Part shown: positions 49,191-59,293 of the stretch, in pieces
How the letters are laid out: each line of letters begins with the position of its first letter
Position numbering within the stretch: the first letter of the stretch is position 1
The notes under the pieces: generated by a model
Told to the model about the DNA's origin: nothing
The model's input: only the letters and a program-made list of their open reading frames with translations
Database searches by the model: none
Made by a program: the position numbers and the translations under genes
From: Candidatus Gottesmanbacteria bacterium
Lineage (GTDB): Bacteria > Patescibacteriota > Microgenomatia > UBA10105 > UBA927
NCBI GenBank assembly: GCA_963701185.1
Contig: OY969569.1
Location: 923,548-987,547, forward strand
Length of the DNA stretch: 64,000 nucleotides
Direction: 5' to 3'

Positions 49191-50654
49191 ATGAAGAAAA
49201 AGAAAACGGAAATTGCAGCACCTTCACGGCCGCCGATTGTCGCGGTGTTGGGCCACGTTGACCACGGAAAAACCACACTTCTTGATACGATCCGGAAAAG
49301 TAATGTCGCGGCCCGCGAACATGGCGGCATCACCCAGCATATAGGTGCCTACCAAATACACAATATTACGTTCATCGATACTCCGGGACACGAGGCGTTT
49401 GCCAAAATGCGCAGCCGCGGGGCGAATATAGCAGATATCGCACTTTTGGTGGTTGCCGCCGACGACAGCGTGATGCCCCAAACGAAAGAATCCATTGAAC
49501 AGATTAAAGCATCCGGCGCTTCGATGATCGTCGTTATGAACAAAATTGATTTGCCGACGGCGATGCCTGATAAAGTTACGTCCGACTTAGCTAAAAACGG
49601 CGTGCAGGTTGAAGGATTCGGCGGGGATATTCCCGTGGCCCTTGTGTCGGCAAAACAGGGTCGCGGCGTGCCGGAACTTCTGGAACTTATCACTCTGGTT
49701 GCGCACATGAAGGGATTGGATTTCGCGCCCGCGGCTCCCCTTGAGGCGGTCGTCGTTGAAACCCGGTTGGATAAGGGGAAGGGAATGGTCGCGACGGTCG
49801 TGGTGAAAAAAGGAACACTGAAATTCGGTACGCTTCTTTTTGAAGGCGCAAAGCAGGTTGCGAGGGTCCGGGCTATGTTTGATGAATACGGGAAAGGAGT
49901 CGCTCTTGCGGGCCCGGCGCGGCCGGTAGAAGTGTTAGGGTTTACCTCGCTTCCTGCCGTCGGATCGGTTCTTCGTACTGATGTTTATTTAGAAGAGAAG
50001 GTAAAAGAAGTAGTGAAAGAAGTTCCCCTTTCCGCTGAGAATCTGCCTGACTGGCTCAAACCCGTGGCCGAGCAGGAAGGCCGGAAATTGACCGTCATTC
50101 TGAAGGTAGATACGGCCGGATCCATGGAAGCCATCATCGCGGCACTTCCTAAACAGGTGGAGCTCGTGACCGGCGGGGTGGGGGAAATCAGTGAAACGGA
50201 TGTCCTGACTGCCAAATCCGCAAAAGCGATCATTGTGGGATTCAACGTCAAATGTCCGCCGTCTGTTGAAAAATTGGCAACTGCAGAAAAAGTGGTATTC
50301 CGCGTGTACACCATTATTTATGAACTGCTGGATGAACTTACCGAAGTGGTGTCGGGTCTCAAAGAAGTACTTGCGATTGAGCGGGAATTGGGCGTCGGGA
50401 CGGTGATTGCAGAGTTTCCGTTTGAAAAGTCCCGGATTGCCGGCACAAAGCTCATTTCAGGGCGTTTGGCCCGCGGGGACACCGTTCGCGTTATGCGTGC
50501 CGAGGCTGAAATCGCCCGCGCAAAGATTAAATCCATCCGTAAAGGTAAAGAAGATACAACAAAAGTGGACAGGGTCGGTGTCGAATGCGGCATCCTGTTT
50601 GACAAAAAAGTTGATTTTGCGCTTCAAGATGCTATAATCGCCGTAACAACATAA
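49191..50654 (+). CDS. infB: Translation initiation factor IF-2 (N-terminally minimal form)
   Basis: G domain PPIVAVLGHVDHGKTTLLD ... DTPGHEAF ... NKID, followed by IF-2 domains. Confidence 0.9.
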   Translation: MKKKKTEIAAPSRPPIVAVLGHVDHGKTTLLDTIRKSNVAAREHGGITQHIGAYQIHNITFIDTPGHEAFAKMRSRGANIADIALLVVAADDSVMPQTKESIEQIKASGASMIVVMNKIDLPTAMPDKVTSDLAKNGVQVEGFGGDIPVALVSAKQGRGVPELLELITLVAHMKGLDFAPAAPLEAVVVETRLDKGKGMVATVVVKKGTLKFGTLLFEGAKQVARVRAMFDEYGKGVALAGPARPVEVLGFTSLPAVGSVLRTDVYLEEKVKEVVKEVPLSAENLPDWLKPVAEQEGRKLTVILKVDTAGSMEAIIAALPKQVELVTGGVGEISETDVLTAKSAKAIIVGFNVKCPPSVEKLATAEKVVFRVYTIIYELLDELTEVVSGLKEVLAIERELGVGTVIAEFPFEKSRIAGTKLISGRLARGDTVRVMRAEAEIARAKIKSIRKGKEDTTKVDRVGVECGILFDKKVDFALQDAIIAVTT

Positions 50655-50689
50655 ACTACGTTATAGGCTGCCCCAAATTTGAGAATACT

Positions 50690-51556
50690 ATGGATATACA
50701 ACAGGACATCACAAAAGTAAAAGACCTTTTAGATAAATCCGAGAATGTTTTAATCGTTACCCACGAGCATCCGACGTTTGACAGTATCGGCAGTTCCCTT
50801 GCGTTATTTCTGGGCCTGGAAAGCCTCGGGAAAAAAGTGAGCATCGTCTGTCCCGATGTCATGACGGTTGAAATGTCGGGCTTCGTCGGCGTCAATAAAT
50901 TTGCGGCTGACCTTTCCCGCAAAAACTTTATTATTTCCCTTGATTATGAGGAAGGGTCTATAGAAAAAGTCAGCTACAATATTGAAGGCAACAAATTTAA
51001 TCTCGTTATCGAGCCCCGTACCGGACATGCCGGATTTTCCCAGGATAAGGTTCATTATTCTAATAGCGGGACGACGGCAGACCTTATTTTTTCCGTGGAT
51101 ACGATTCATCTCGGGGGATTGAAAAAAGTTTTCGAGGAGAATAAGGAATTATTTTCCGATAAGACCATCATGAATATCGACCGGCATCCGAACAATGCCC
51201 TGTATGGGCAGATAAATATTGTTGATCCGGAAGTCTCATCTACTGCAGAAGTCATTTCGCAGTTTTTATCGGGTATCGGAGTGCGGCTGACGACGGATAT
51301 CGCAACCAATATCCTGAATGCTCTGTATAGTGCCACCAATGCGTTCCAGTCTACCCATGTCGGCGCGCAGGCGTTTGAACTAGCGGCCGCGTGCCTGAAG
51401 GCCGGCGGAAAACGTTTCTGGAAACCGGCAGGTGCCGAAGAAGTGCCGACCGTGGAAACCGCTACCGCGCCGGTTGTTGAGTCTAAAAAACCAATGGTCG
51501 AGACACCTCCTGATTGGTTGAAACCAAAAATTTACAAGAGCTCTAATTTGATTTAA
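50690..51556 (+). CDS. DHH-family phosphoesterase (NrnA-like nanoRNase/pAp phosphatase)
   Basis: VLIVTHEHPTFDSIGSSLAL and NIDRHPNN motifs. DHHA1-like C-terminal half. Confidence 0.6.
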   Translation: MDIQQDITKVKDLLDKSENVLIVTHEHPTFDSIGSSLALFLGLESLGKKVSIVCPDVMTVEMSGFVGVNKFAADLSRKNFIISLDYEEGSIEKVSYNIEGNKFNLVIEPRTGHAGFSQDKVHYSNSGTTADLIFSVDTIHLGGLKKVFEENKELFSDKTIMNIDRHPNNALYGQINIVDPEVSSTAEVISQFLSGIGVRLTTDIATNILNALYSATNAFQSTHVGAQAFELAAACLKAGGKRFWKPAGAEEVPTVETATAPVVESKKPMVETPPDWLKPKIYKSSNLI

Positions 51557-51574
51557 CTTCCTTCAGTTTGTCGG

Positions 51575-51603
51575 TTGAAAAAAAGAACCATTTGTGCTAA
51601 AAT
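51575..51603 (+). promoter_or_regulatory. rpsO promoter TTGAAA-N17-(TGc)TAAAAT
   Basis: TTGAAA 51575-51580, TG at 51595-51596, TAAAAT 51598-51603. Confidence 0.55.
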
Positions 51604-51612
51604 ACCCGCATT

Positions 51613-51635
51613 GGAGCGCGAAAATGCTCCGTTTT
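51613..51635 (+). promoter_or_regulatory. Leader hairpin in the rpsO 5' UTR (candidate S15 autoregulatory structure)
   Basis: GGAGC-gcgaaaat-GCTCC followed by GUUUU, 8 nt before the ATG. Confidence 0.35.
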
Positions 51636-51643
51636 GAACTTAT

Positions 51644-51997
51644 ATGGCCACGAAAAAGAAAGTAGTGAAAGTAGCTGCAAAAACCACAAAAACAGCCAAA
51701 CCAGCTAAAAAAGTTGTCGAGGTTGCTGTTCCCGCGCCCAGCGAGGAAAAACAGGAAGTGATTGCCAAGTATCAGGTCAAAGAGGGTGATACGGGGAGTC
51801 CGGAAGTTCAAGTGGCGCTGTTGACAGCCCGTATTGAGAAGCTCGTCGGCCACCTGAAAGCAAATCCGTCGGATAATCATTCACGCAGGGGTTTATTGGG
51901 AATTGTTTCGAAGCGCCGACGGCTGTTAAATTATCTCAACAAGAAAGACGCCAAACGGTACAAGGATATTGCAACCAAGCTCGGATTAGGAAAATAA
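51644..51997 (+). CDS. rpsO: 30S ribosomal protein S15 with Lys/Ala-rich N-terminal extension
   Basis: [38 protein letters not shown] ... YLN. About 28 extra N-terminal residues ([25 protein letters not shown]). Confidence 0.85.
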   Translation: MATKKKVVKVAAKTTKTAKPAKKVVEVAVPAPSEEKQEVIAKYQVKEGDTGSPEVQVALLTARIEKLVGHLKANPSDNHSRRGLLGIVSKRRRLLNYLNKKDAKRYKDIATKLGLGK

Positions 51998-52006
51998 AGA
52001 AAGTTC

Positions 52007-52015
52007 TGGTATAAT
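52007..52015 (+). promoter_or_regulatory. Extended -10 TGgTATAAT upstream of pnp
   Basis: ttcTGgTATAATac, 10 nt after the rpsO stop. Confidence 0.45.
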
Positions 52016-52052
52016 ACAAATTAGGGAATAGAAAGAAGTGTGATGGAACGTA

Positions 52053-52070
52053 CGTTTGAATGATCAAACG
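52053..52070 (+). promoter_or_regulatory. Hairpin in the pnp leader (candidate RNase III/PNPase autoregulation site)
   Basis: CGTTTGA-atga-TCAAACG, then cccacttcccactttcccc C-rich direct repeat before the ATG. Confidence 0.35.
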
Positions 52071-52111
52071 AACATTTTATCCCACTTCCCACTTTCCCCA
52101 AAGTAAATTTC

Positions 52112-54301
52112 ATGTCAAAAAAAATCGTTAAGAAATCCATTGAAGTAGGCGGAAGAACACTTTCCTTAGAGGTTGGCCGGTTTGCCGAACAAGCTTCGGC
52201 TGCAGTGTTAGCCCGATACGGCGACACGATGGTACTTGCCACCGTCACCGCATCGAGCCGCGAAACCACACTGGATTATTTTCCGCTTTCCGTTGAATAC
52301 GTCGAGCGGCTTTATGCCGGAGGCAGAATCAAAGGATCCCGTTGGGTAAAGCGTGAAGGCAGGCCCTCCGATGACGCGGTTTTGGCCGGGCGCGTCATTG
52401 ACCGTTCGATCCGTCCTTTGTTCCCCAAATCCTACAAACATGACGTCCAGGTGATTATTACTGTTTTATCCGTTGACGGAGAAAATGATCCGGACGTGAT
52501 GGGACTGGTTGCTACGTCTGCTGCCATTGCCATTTCTCCCATCCCGTGGAACGGACCGGTATCGGGTGTGCGGATGGGTTATGTGCATGCCGACCCGCCT
52601 GGCGGCGAGGCAAACGGCGAGGGAACGTTGATCGTTAATCCGCGTATTTCCGAACAGGCAATCAGTGATTTTGATTTTGTCGTTGCATCCAATCGCGACA
52701 AGGTTATGATGCTTGAGGGCGGATTCTGTGAAACTCCGGAAAAAACGGTCAAAGAAGCCGTTATTATGGCGAAGGATGCCAACGCAAAGATAATTGGTCT
52801 TATTGAAGAATTGGTTAAAGAAGTAGGAAAAACAAAAATTACGGCTCCGGCGGCAACAGAAGCGGAAGAGTTAAAAACAAAAATTGTCAAAGACTACAAA
52901 AAGGAAATGGAATCGGCATTTGCCAAGAAAGCGGAAAAAGAATTCGGCGGGGATGAAGTCATAGCACTCGCCAAAACCATCGTAGAGGCGTACGGCAAAG
53001 ACTATACGCAAAAAGCGATAGAAGAGGCACTTGACGCGCTGTTTAAAAAACAGGTCCGCGACAATATTCTTACAAAAGAAAAACGGTTTGACGGAAGAAA
53101 AATTGATGAAGTCCGGATGCTCGCCGCTGACGTCGGCATATTACCCAGAACTCACGGCAGTGCGGTATTTGCGCGCGGTCAGACACAGGTATTAACCGTT
53201 GCGACTTTGGGTACACCTTCTTTGGAACAGCTTATCGAGAGCCCGACCGGAGAAGAATCAAAACGGTATATCCATCATTACAGCATGCCGCCGTATTCCG
53301 TCGGAGAAACAGGCCGCGTGGGAACGCCCAGCCGCCGCGAAATAGGCCACGGGGCACTTGCGGAACGGGCACTGTTGTCCGTTATTCCGGCTGAGGAAGA
53401 ATTCCCGTACACAATCCGGTTGGTTTCCGAAGTTATGTCTTCAAACGGCTCCACATCCATGGCGTCTACCTGTGCTTCCACACTCGCCCTTATGGATGCC
53501 GGTGTTCCTATTAAAGAACCGGTAGCCGGTATTTCCATCGGACTCATGACGGATAAGAAAAAATTTGTGCTCCTCACCGACATCATGGGTATTGAAGATT
53601 TTGCCGGCGATATGGACTTTAAAGTTGCCGGGACCAAAAACGGCATTACCGCCATTCAGCTGGATATGAAAATTGACGGGATCACGGACGAGATTATCGA
53701 AGGAACGTTTGAACGGGCGAGGACTGCCAGGATGAAGATTTTGGAAAAAATGCTTTCCGTCATTGCCGCCCCCCGAAAGAGTCTGTCCCAATATGCACCG
53801 AAGGTGCAGGTCGTGAAGATTCCGGTTGAGAAAATCGGTGAAGTTATCGGACCCGGCGGAAAGATGATCCGCAATATCATCGCAACGACGGGTGCCACGG
53901 TAGACGTTGAGGATGACGGATCCGTGATGATTTCCGGCATTGACCAGATTGCCGTTCAAAAAGCGGTTGACTGGGTGACGGGACTCACACGTGAGGTTGC
54001 GGTCGATGAAGAATTTGAGGGTGAAGTGAAACGGATTTTGCCCTTCGGCGCATTTGTGGAAATTCTTCCCGGTAAAGAGGGCATGGTGCATGTGTCGCAA
54101 ATGTCTACGGGATTCGTGAGTAAGCCGGAAGATGTCGTGAAGATCGGCCAAAAAGTGCACGTCCGCGTCATGGAAGTTGACGATATGCATAGGATTAATT
54201 TATCCATGTTATTCGGTGAAGATGCCAAGAAAACTCCTGTTCGCGAACGTCGTGAAGGCGGCGGAAGACCCCCGTTCAGACGCGGCCCCCGAAGATTTTA
54301 A
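52112..54301 (+). CDS. pnp: Polyribonucleotide nucleotidyltransferase (PNPase)
   Basis: Two RNase PH domains, KH and S1 domains, C-terminal RGG-like tail. Confidence 0.95.
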   Translation: MSKKIVKKSIEVGGRTLSLEVGRFAEQASAAVLARYGDTMVLATVTASSRETTLDYFPLSVEYVERLYAGGRIKGSRWVKREGRPSDDAVLAGRVIDRSIRPLFPKSYKHDVQVIITVLSVDGENDPDVMGLVATSAAIAISPIPWNGPVSGVRMGYVHADPPGGEANGEGTLIVNPRISEQAISDFDFVVASNRDKVMMLEGGFCETPEKTVKEAVIMAKDANAKIIGLIEELVKEVGKTKITAPAATEAEELKTKIVKDYKKEMESAFAKKAEKEFGGDEVIALAKTIVEAYGKDYTQKAIEEALDALFKKQVRDNILTKEKRFDGRKIDEVRMLAADVGILPRTHGSAVFARGQTQVLTVATLGTPSLEQLIESPTGEESKRYIHHYSMPPYSVGETGRVGTPSRREIGHGALAERALLSVIPAEEEFPYTIRLVSEVMSSNGSTSMASTCASTLALMDAGVPIKEPVAGISIGLMTDKKKFVLLTDIMGIEDFAGDMDFKVAGTKNGITAIQLDMKIDGITDEIIEGTFERARTARMKILEKMLSVIAAPRKSLSQYAPKVQVVKIPVEKIGEVIGPGGKMIRNIIATTGATVDVEDDGSVMISGIDQIAVQKAVDWVTGLTREVAVDEEFEGEVKRILPFGAFVEILPGKEGMVHVSQMSTGFVSKPEDVVKIGQKVHVRVMEVDDMHRINLSMLFGEDAKKTPVRERREGGGRPPFRRGPRRF

Positions 54302-54320
54302 TGTGGTATGATGATTTTAT

Positions 54321-55364
54321 ATGTCCAAGTTGAGTGATGAGGTGGCAGGTCTCCGTAAAAAAATTTCAGAGTCGAAAATCCCCGGTGATTTGGAATCACG
54401 CATTATCAGTAACCTGGAGGAAATTTCCCGGCTGGAAAATGATATTTCCGCCCGCGTCCACATAGAACAGATGCTCCGGTATATCGACTGGGTCGTGAAT
54501 CTCCCATGGAACACGAGGACGGAGGACATACTGGATTTGGTTAAAACAAAAGAAATTTTGGAAAAAAATCATTACGGCCTGACGCCGGTAAAAGACAGTA
54601 TTTTGGAATATTTATCAGTCCTGAAACTTAATAAAGATCAGGCTATGCTTGCCAGACGCGCACCGATCCTGTGTCTGGTTGGTCTCGTGGGTACGGGGAA
54701 AACGACGCTTGCCAAATCTATCGCCCAGTCTATGGGAAGGCGCTTTGTCCGTATCCCGTTCGGCGGGATGAGCGATGCACTCGAACTTCGCGGTCAGTCG
54801 CGCGTGCGGCCGGATGCCGAAATAGGGCTTATTCTGAAAGGGTTGCGGTTTGCCGGCAGTAAAAACCCGGTCATACTTCTGGACGAAATAGACCGTGTGG
54901 CGGAAGCCGCGCGCGGAGACATTATGGGAGTGCTCGTTGAACTGTTGGATCCGGAACAAAACGCGGCATTTACCGATCATTATTTGGATTATCCGTTTGA
55001 TCTGTCCGATGTTTTGTTTATCGCAACGGCAAACAACACGGAACACATCGCAACCGCGGTGTTGGACCGCCTGGAACCGATCCAAATGCCTTCCTATACC
55101 GATGAGGAAAAGACAAAAATCGCCAAAGACTATGTGTTGCCCCAGCTCATGCGCCAGTCAGGGCTACGAGGGGAAAACCTCACGATTGATGATGCAATCT
55201 GGCCCAAGCTCGTCCGGCCATTAGGATATGACGCGGGTATCCGGAGTTTAGAGCGTACCATAAACGGCATATGCCGTAAGGTGGCGCGTATGATAGTAGA
55301 AGGAAAAGGAACAAACGTCCACATCGACGAAAATAATATAAAAGATTTTGTAGAAAGTTATTAA
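54321..55364 (+). CDS. Lon-family AAA+ ATPase module without LAN or S16 protease domains
   Basis: Aligns closely with the Lon AAA+ region (EKNHYGLTPVKDSILEYLSV ... LCLVGLVGTGKTTLAKSIAQSMGRRFVRIPFGGMSDALELRG ... LLDEIDR ... LDPEQNAAFTDHYLDYPFDLSDVLFIATAN ... LDRLE). The ORF ends at the alpha-subdomain. The next gene (RNase J) starts 3 nt later. Confidence 0.65.
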   Translation: MSKLSDEVAGLRKKISESKIPGDLESRIISNLEEISRLENDISARVHIEQMLRYIDWVVNLPWNTRTEDILDLVKTKEILEKNHYGLTPVKDSILEYLSVLKLNKDQAMLARRAPILCLVGLVGTGKTTLAKSIAQSMGRRFVRIPFGGMSDALELRGQSRVRPDAEIGLILKGLRFAGSKNPVILLDEIDRVAEAARGDIMGVLVELLDPEQNAAFTDHYLDYPFDLSDVLFIATANNTEHIATAVLDRLEPIQMPSYTDEEKTKIAKDYVLPQLMRQSGLRGENLTIDDAIWPKLVRPLGYDAGIRSLERTINGICRKVARMIVEGKGTNVHIDENNIKDFVESY

Positions 55365-55366
55365 TT

Positions 55367-57085
55367 ATGAAATTTAATCCATTTAACAGACAAAAAAGAG
55401 AGTTAGTCTCAGGAAAAGAAAGTGTCCGTATTATCCCGCTTGGCGGGACGGGTAACGTGACAAAAAACATGTATGTGTATGAATATCGGTACGACGGCAA
55501 AATTCGCGATATACTCATTATTGATTGCGGTATCGGATTTCCGGATGAGGAAATGTACGGTATTGATCTTGTGTTGCCGGACGTCCGGTATCTTGCTGAC
55601 AAAAAACAATATATCCGCGGACTGGTATTTACCCATGGTCATGATGATCACATCGGAGGAATCGCATACCTCTATCCGAAGCTTGGCCGTATTCCCATGT
55701 GGGGAACGAAACTCACGGCTGCGTTTGCCAATATAAAATTGGAAGAGGCAAAGATTAAAGCGCGGGTCACTCCGGTAGAATTCAGTGAGACACTGCAGAT
55801 CGGGCCCTATCGCGTGTCGTTTGTCCGCATGACGCACTCGGTGCCGGATACGGCAAACCTCATTATCGAGACACCGGTCGGCATTTTTTACCACGGCAGT
55901 GATTTTAAGTTTGATTTTAAACCGCTGGACGGCAAAAAGTCGGAACTGGACAAGATTAATGCGGTTGGGAAACGGGGAGTATTGGCCTTACTTACCGATT
56001 CATTGGGAAGCGAACGGCCGGGATTTACTCCGTCGGAACAGGTGGTGGGGGAAACGCTGGAAAAAGAAATCTCCTTATGTACCGGTAAATTTATTTTTAC
56101 CACGCAGTCATCAAATATTTCCCGGATTCAGCTTGCCATTGAAATCGGGTTGAAACACGACAGGAAAATAGCATTCTTCGGCCGGAGCATGGATCATAAC
56201 GTGGAAGCGGCGCTGAAGTTGGGGTATATGCGGTTTCCCCGCGAATCGGTTATCCGCGACACGGATCTCAAGCGGCTGCCGCCGACCAAACAATTTTTGA
56301 TTGCCGCAGGTGCGCAGGGACAGGCATCGAGCGCGCTTAACCGTATGGCTAACGATAACCATAAGTTCGTGCATATTGACGAAGGGGATACGGTCGTGTT
56401 TTCGGCAGACGCCATACCGGGAAATGAGGGAAGCGTCGCGTCCATTATCGAACAATTGTACCGGAAAGGCGCACGTGTGGCGTATTCGGATATCATGGAG
56501 GATCTCCATGTTTCCGGCCACGGGTCGCAAGGAGACCTTATGCTCCTCTTGTCTGCGTTGGGACCAAAATATATTTTTCCCATTGGAGGAACATACCGGC
56601 ATATCATGCAGTATAGAAGATTAGCGCAGGATTTAAATTATGATAAGCGACAGATATTAATTCCTGAAGAGGGGCAAGTATTGGAATTTAAACGAGACAC
56701 CCTGCCGCGCGTTGTCGAAACGCTGGAGCTTGAAAACGTCATGATTGACGGCCTGGGGGTGGGCGATGTCGGGAATGCGGTCCTGCGGGACCGTCAGACG
56801 ATAGCAACAGACGGCATTGTTGTGGTTGTGGTTCCTATGGAAAAATCGACCGGCCGCATTACGGCCGAGCCGGATATTATTTCCCGCGGATTTGTATACA
56901 TGAAAGAATCGGGTGAGTTGTTGAACAAAGCCCAACGGGTCGTTTCGGAATCTCTCCGGCTTAAAAAGGGCAGAATTACCGATTGGCGGTTTGTCCGGAT
57001 GCAAATTAGTGAAAATCTTGAGAAATTCCTACTTCGCGAAACCGGCCGCCGCCCCCTCATCGTGCCGGTCATTGTGGAAGTATAG
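55367..57085 (+). CDS. rnj: Ribonuclease J (metallo-beta-lactamase/beta-CASP)
   Basis: HGHDDHIGG motif, beta-CASP region and C-terminal domain. 572 aa. Confidence 0.85.
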   Translation: MKFNPFNRQKRELVSGKESVRIIPLGGTGNVTKNMYVYEYRYDGKIRDILIIDCGIGFPDEEMYGIDLVLPDVRYLADKKQYIRGLVFTHGHDDHIGGIAYLYPKLGRIPMWGTKLTAAFANIKLEEAKIKARVTPVEFSETLQIGPYRVSFVRMTHSVPDTANLIIETPVGIFYHGSDFKFDFKPLDGKKSELDKINAVGKRGVLALLTDSLGSERPGFTPSEQVVGETLEKEISLCTGKFIFTTQSSNISRIQLAIEIGLKHDRKIAFFGRSMDHNVEAALKLGYMRFPRESVIRDTDLKRLPPTKQFLIAAGAQGQASSALNRMANDNHKFVHIDEGDTVVFSADAIPGNEGSVASIIEQLYRKGARVAYSDIMEDLHVSGHGSQGDLMLLLSALGPKYIFPIGGTYRHIMQYRRLAQDLNYDKRQILIPEEGQVLEFKRDTLPRVVETLELENVMIDGLGVGDVGNAVLRDRQTIATDGIVVVVVPMEKSTGRITAEPDIISRGFVYMKESGELLNKAQRVVSESLRLKKGRITDWRFVRMQISENLEKFLLRETGRRPLIVPVIVEV

Positions 57086-57097
57086 TATACTAGTTCC

Positions 57098-59242
57098 ATG
57101 GCTAAGAAGTGGGGTAAACGTCGTCGGTATCACAAACGGAGTCCGTTTCAGTTAAAACTTAAAAAACAAACGGTGTATACCGTAGGAGCCATCTGGCTCT
57201 GGTTGTTTGCCGCAATCGTCACGCTGTCGTTTTTCGGTGAAGGAGTTCTTTTTACAAAACTCCGGGAGGAACTCACCTTTAACATCGGATGGATTATGTA
57301 CGGCTTGCCGCCGTTTTTAGTGACACTGTCTTTTCTCTTTTTCAAAATCAAATCAGATATCGGTAAGCCTAACATTCCATTCGGATTAGGAGTGATTCTT
57401 CTTTCACTCATGGGGCTTTGGCAGGCGGGAGTGGTGGGCGATTCGTTATGGAATATGGTTGCAGGGTACATTTCCACGGAAGGAGCGGTGCTTATTTATT
57501 TGGCTATACTTGTTATCGGATTCATGATTTTGTTTAACGCATCACTGGATAAAATCGTCAATTTTATCATTGTCGGCGGACAGGCGATTTTTGACGCGGT
57601 TGTAAACTTTTTCGGCAATCTGGTCGCCAAAAAGGAACCGCCGATCTTCGGTCAGGAAAAATTACCGTTGCGGATCAAAGGCCAGGATGAGCCGCTGATT
57701 AAATCTCCGATGCCCCCCCCGCCTGTTCCGGCAAAATCGGGTGCGGTTGCTTCCGTTGTAAAGTCTGATTTAAAGATCAACAATCCTATGACGTCACAGG
57801 TGCCGGATATGTCAATGTGGGAGTATCCGCCGCTATCACTTCTTTCAGACGGGCCGGGACAAAAAGCCGACCGCGGAGATATGCGTAAAAATATGTCGAC
57901 GATAGAAAAAACGCTGGAAAGCTTCGGCATTACGGCAAAAGTCCGGGAAGTAAATCCCGGCCCTGCAGTCACACAGTACGCCATAGAACTGGCGCTCGGA
58001 ACCAAGGTGTCCAAAATTACCTCACTTTCAAGCGATATGGCGCTTGCCCTCTCGGCCCCAACCGGCCAGGTCCGGATAGAAGCACCCATCCCGGGACGCA
58101 ATCTCGTGGGTATAGAAATTCCCAATCGGGGATTGGAATTCGTTACGCTTAAGAAAATGCTTTCGTCCGAAGCCATGCGTAAGGCAAAAAGTAAACTTAC
58201 TGTTGCCCTGGGACTGGATGTGTCGGGAAATGAGATTATCGCCGATATCGGGAGAATGCCGCACGTGTTGGTTGCCGGTACGACCGGGAGCGGGAAATCA
58301 GTTCTCATCAATTCATGGATTGCATCGTTATTGTTCAGGACGAATCCGTCTGAAGTGCGCCTTATCATGGTTGACCCCAAACGGGTTGAGTTGACCGGGT
58401 ATAACGGGATCCCGCATTTGTTAACGCCGGTCATTGTAGAGATAGACAAAATATTGTCGGCGCTGCGATGGGCGATGACGGAGATGGAAAATAGGTATAA
58501 AAAATTTGCGGAAGTGGGAGTGCGCAATATTGATGGGTTTAATGAGTTATCGGGGTTCCAGGCGATGCCGTTTATCATCATTTTCATTGATGAGCTTGCG
58601 GATCTTATGGCATACGCGCCGGTTGAAGTTGAGGATACGATCTGCCGCCTGGCGCAGATGGCACGGGCTACCGGCATTCATTTGGTATTATCCACGCAGC
58701 GGCCCAGCGTAGACGTCATTACCGGACTTATTAAAGCAAACATTCCTTCACGGATTGCATTTAATGTGTCTTCCATGATAGATTCACGTGTCGTATTAGA
58801 CATGCCGGGAGCGGAGAAATTACTGGGCCGCGGGGACATGCTCTATATTCCGGCGGATCAATCAAAACCAAGCCGTATTCAGGGAACATATGTATCCGAA
58901 CAAGAAGTTGAAAAAATTGTCACATTTCTCAAGAATAAAAATATACCGGTTCAGTATACGGACGAAGTGACAACACAGCCGGTTGGGAGTCTGAAGAAAG
59001 GCGCGGTCGGGAGTGACGGCCGCGATCAGTTATTTGAGGATGCGCTGCGTTTGATCTGTCAGCACGATAAAGCATCAGCATCGCTCCTTCAGCGCAGGCT
59101 CTCCGTCGGCTATGCGCGTGCCGCCCGTATTTTGGACCAATTGGAAGAGGCAGGGGTTATCGGTCCCGGTGAAGGATCAAAGCCCCGTGATGTCCTTATC
59201 AAAAACCCCGATGAATTTTTGGCAAATCAACAAAACCAATAA
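57098..59242 (+). CDS. ftsK: DNA translocase FtsK/SpoIIIE
   Basis: N-terminal TM helices, LVAGTTGSGKSV Walker A, C-terminal gamma (winged-helix) domain LLQRRLSVGYARAARILDQLE. Confidence 0.9.
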   Translation: MAKKWGKRRRYHKRSPFQLKLKKQTVYTVGAIWLWLFAAIVTLSFFGEGVLFTKLREELTFNIGWIMYGLPPFLVTLSFLFFKIKSDIGKPNIPFGLGVILLSLMGLWQAGVVGDSLWNMVAGYISTEGAVLIYLAILVIGFMILFNASLDKIVNFIIVGGQAIFDAVVNFFGNLVAKKEPPIFGQEKLPLRIKGQDEPLIKSPMPPPPVPAKSGAVASVVKSDLKINNPMTSQVPDMSMWEYPPLSLLSDGPGQKADRGDMRKNMSTIEKTLESFGITAKVREVNPGPAVTQYAIELALGTKVSKITSLSSDMALALSAPTGQVRIEAPIPGRNLVGIEIPNRGLEFVTLKKMLSSEAMRKAKSKLTVALGLDVSGNEIIADIGRMPHVLVAGTTGSGKSVLINSWIASLLFRTNPSEVRLIMVDPKRVELTGYNGIPHLLTPVIVEIDKILSALRWAMTEMENRYKKFAEVGVRNIDGFNELSGFQAMPFIIIFIDELADLMAYAPVEVEDTICRLAQMARATGIHLVLSTQRPSVDVITGLIKANIPSRIAFNVSSMIDSRVVLDMPGAEKLLGRGDMLYIPADQSKPSRIQGTYVSEQEVEKIVTFLKNKNIPVQYTDEVTTQPVGSLKKGAVGSDGRDQLFEDALRLICQHDKASASLLQRRLSVGYARAARILDQLEEAGVIGPGEGSKPRDVLIKNPDEFLANQQNQ

Positions 59243-59293
59243 AGAATATATTTCCAAAAGCAAAATTATTTTATTTTTTGTTTTATTTTTTTC

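Noticed and set aside
53441-58677. Large antisense ORFs inside pnp (249 aa), rnj (163 aa) and ftsK (341 aa)
   Set aside because: They overlap well-supported conserved genes on the opposite strand. No motifs.
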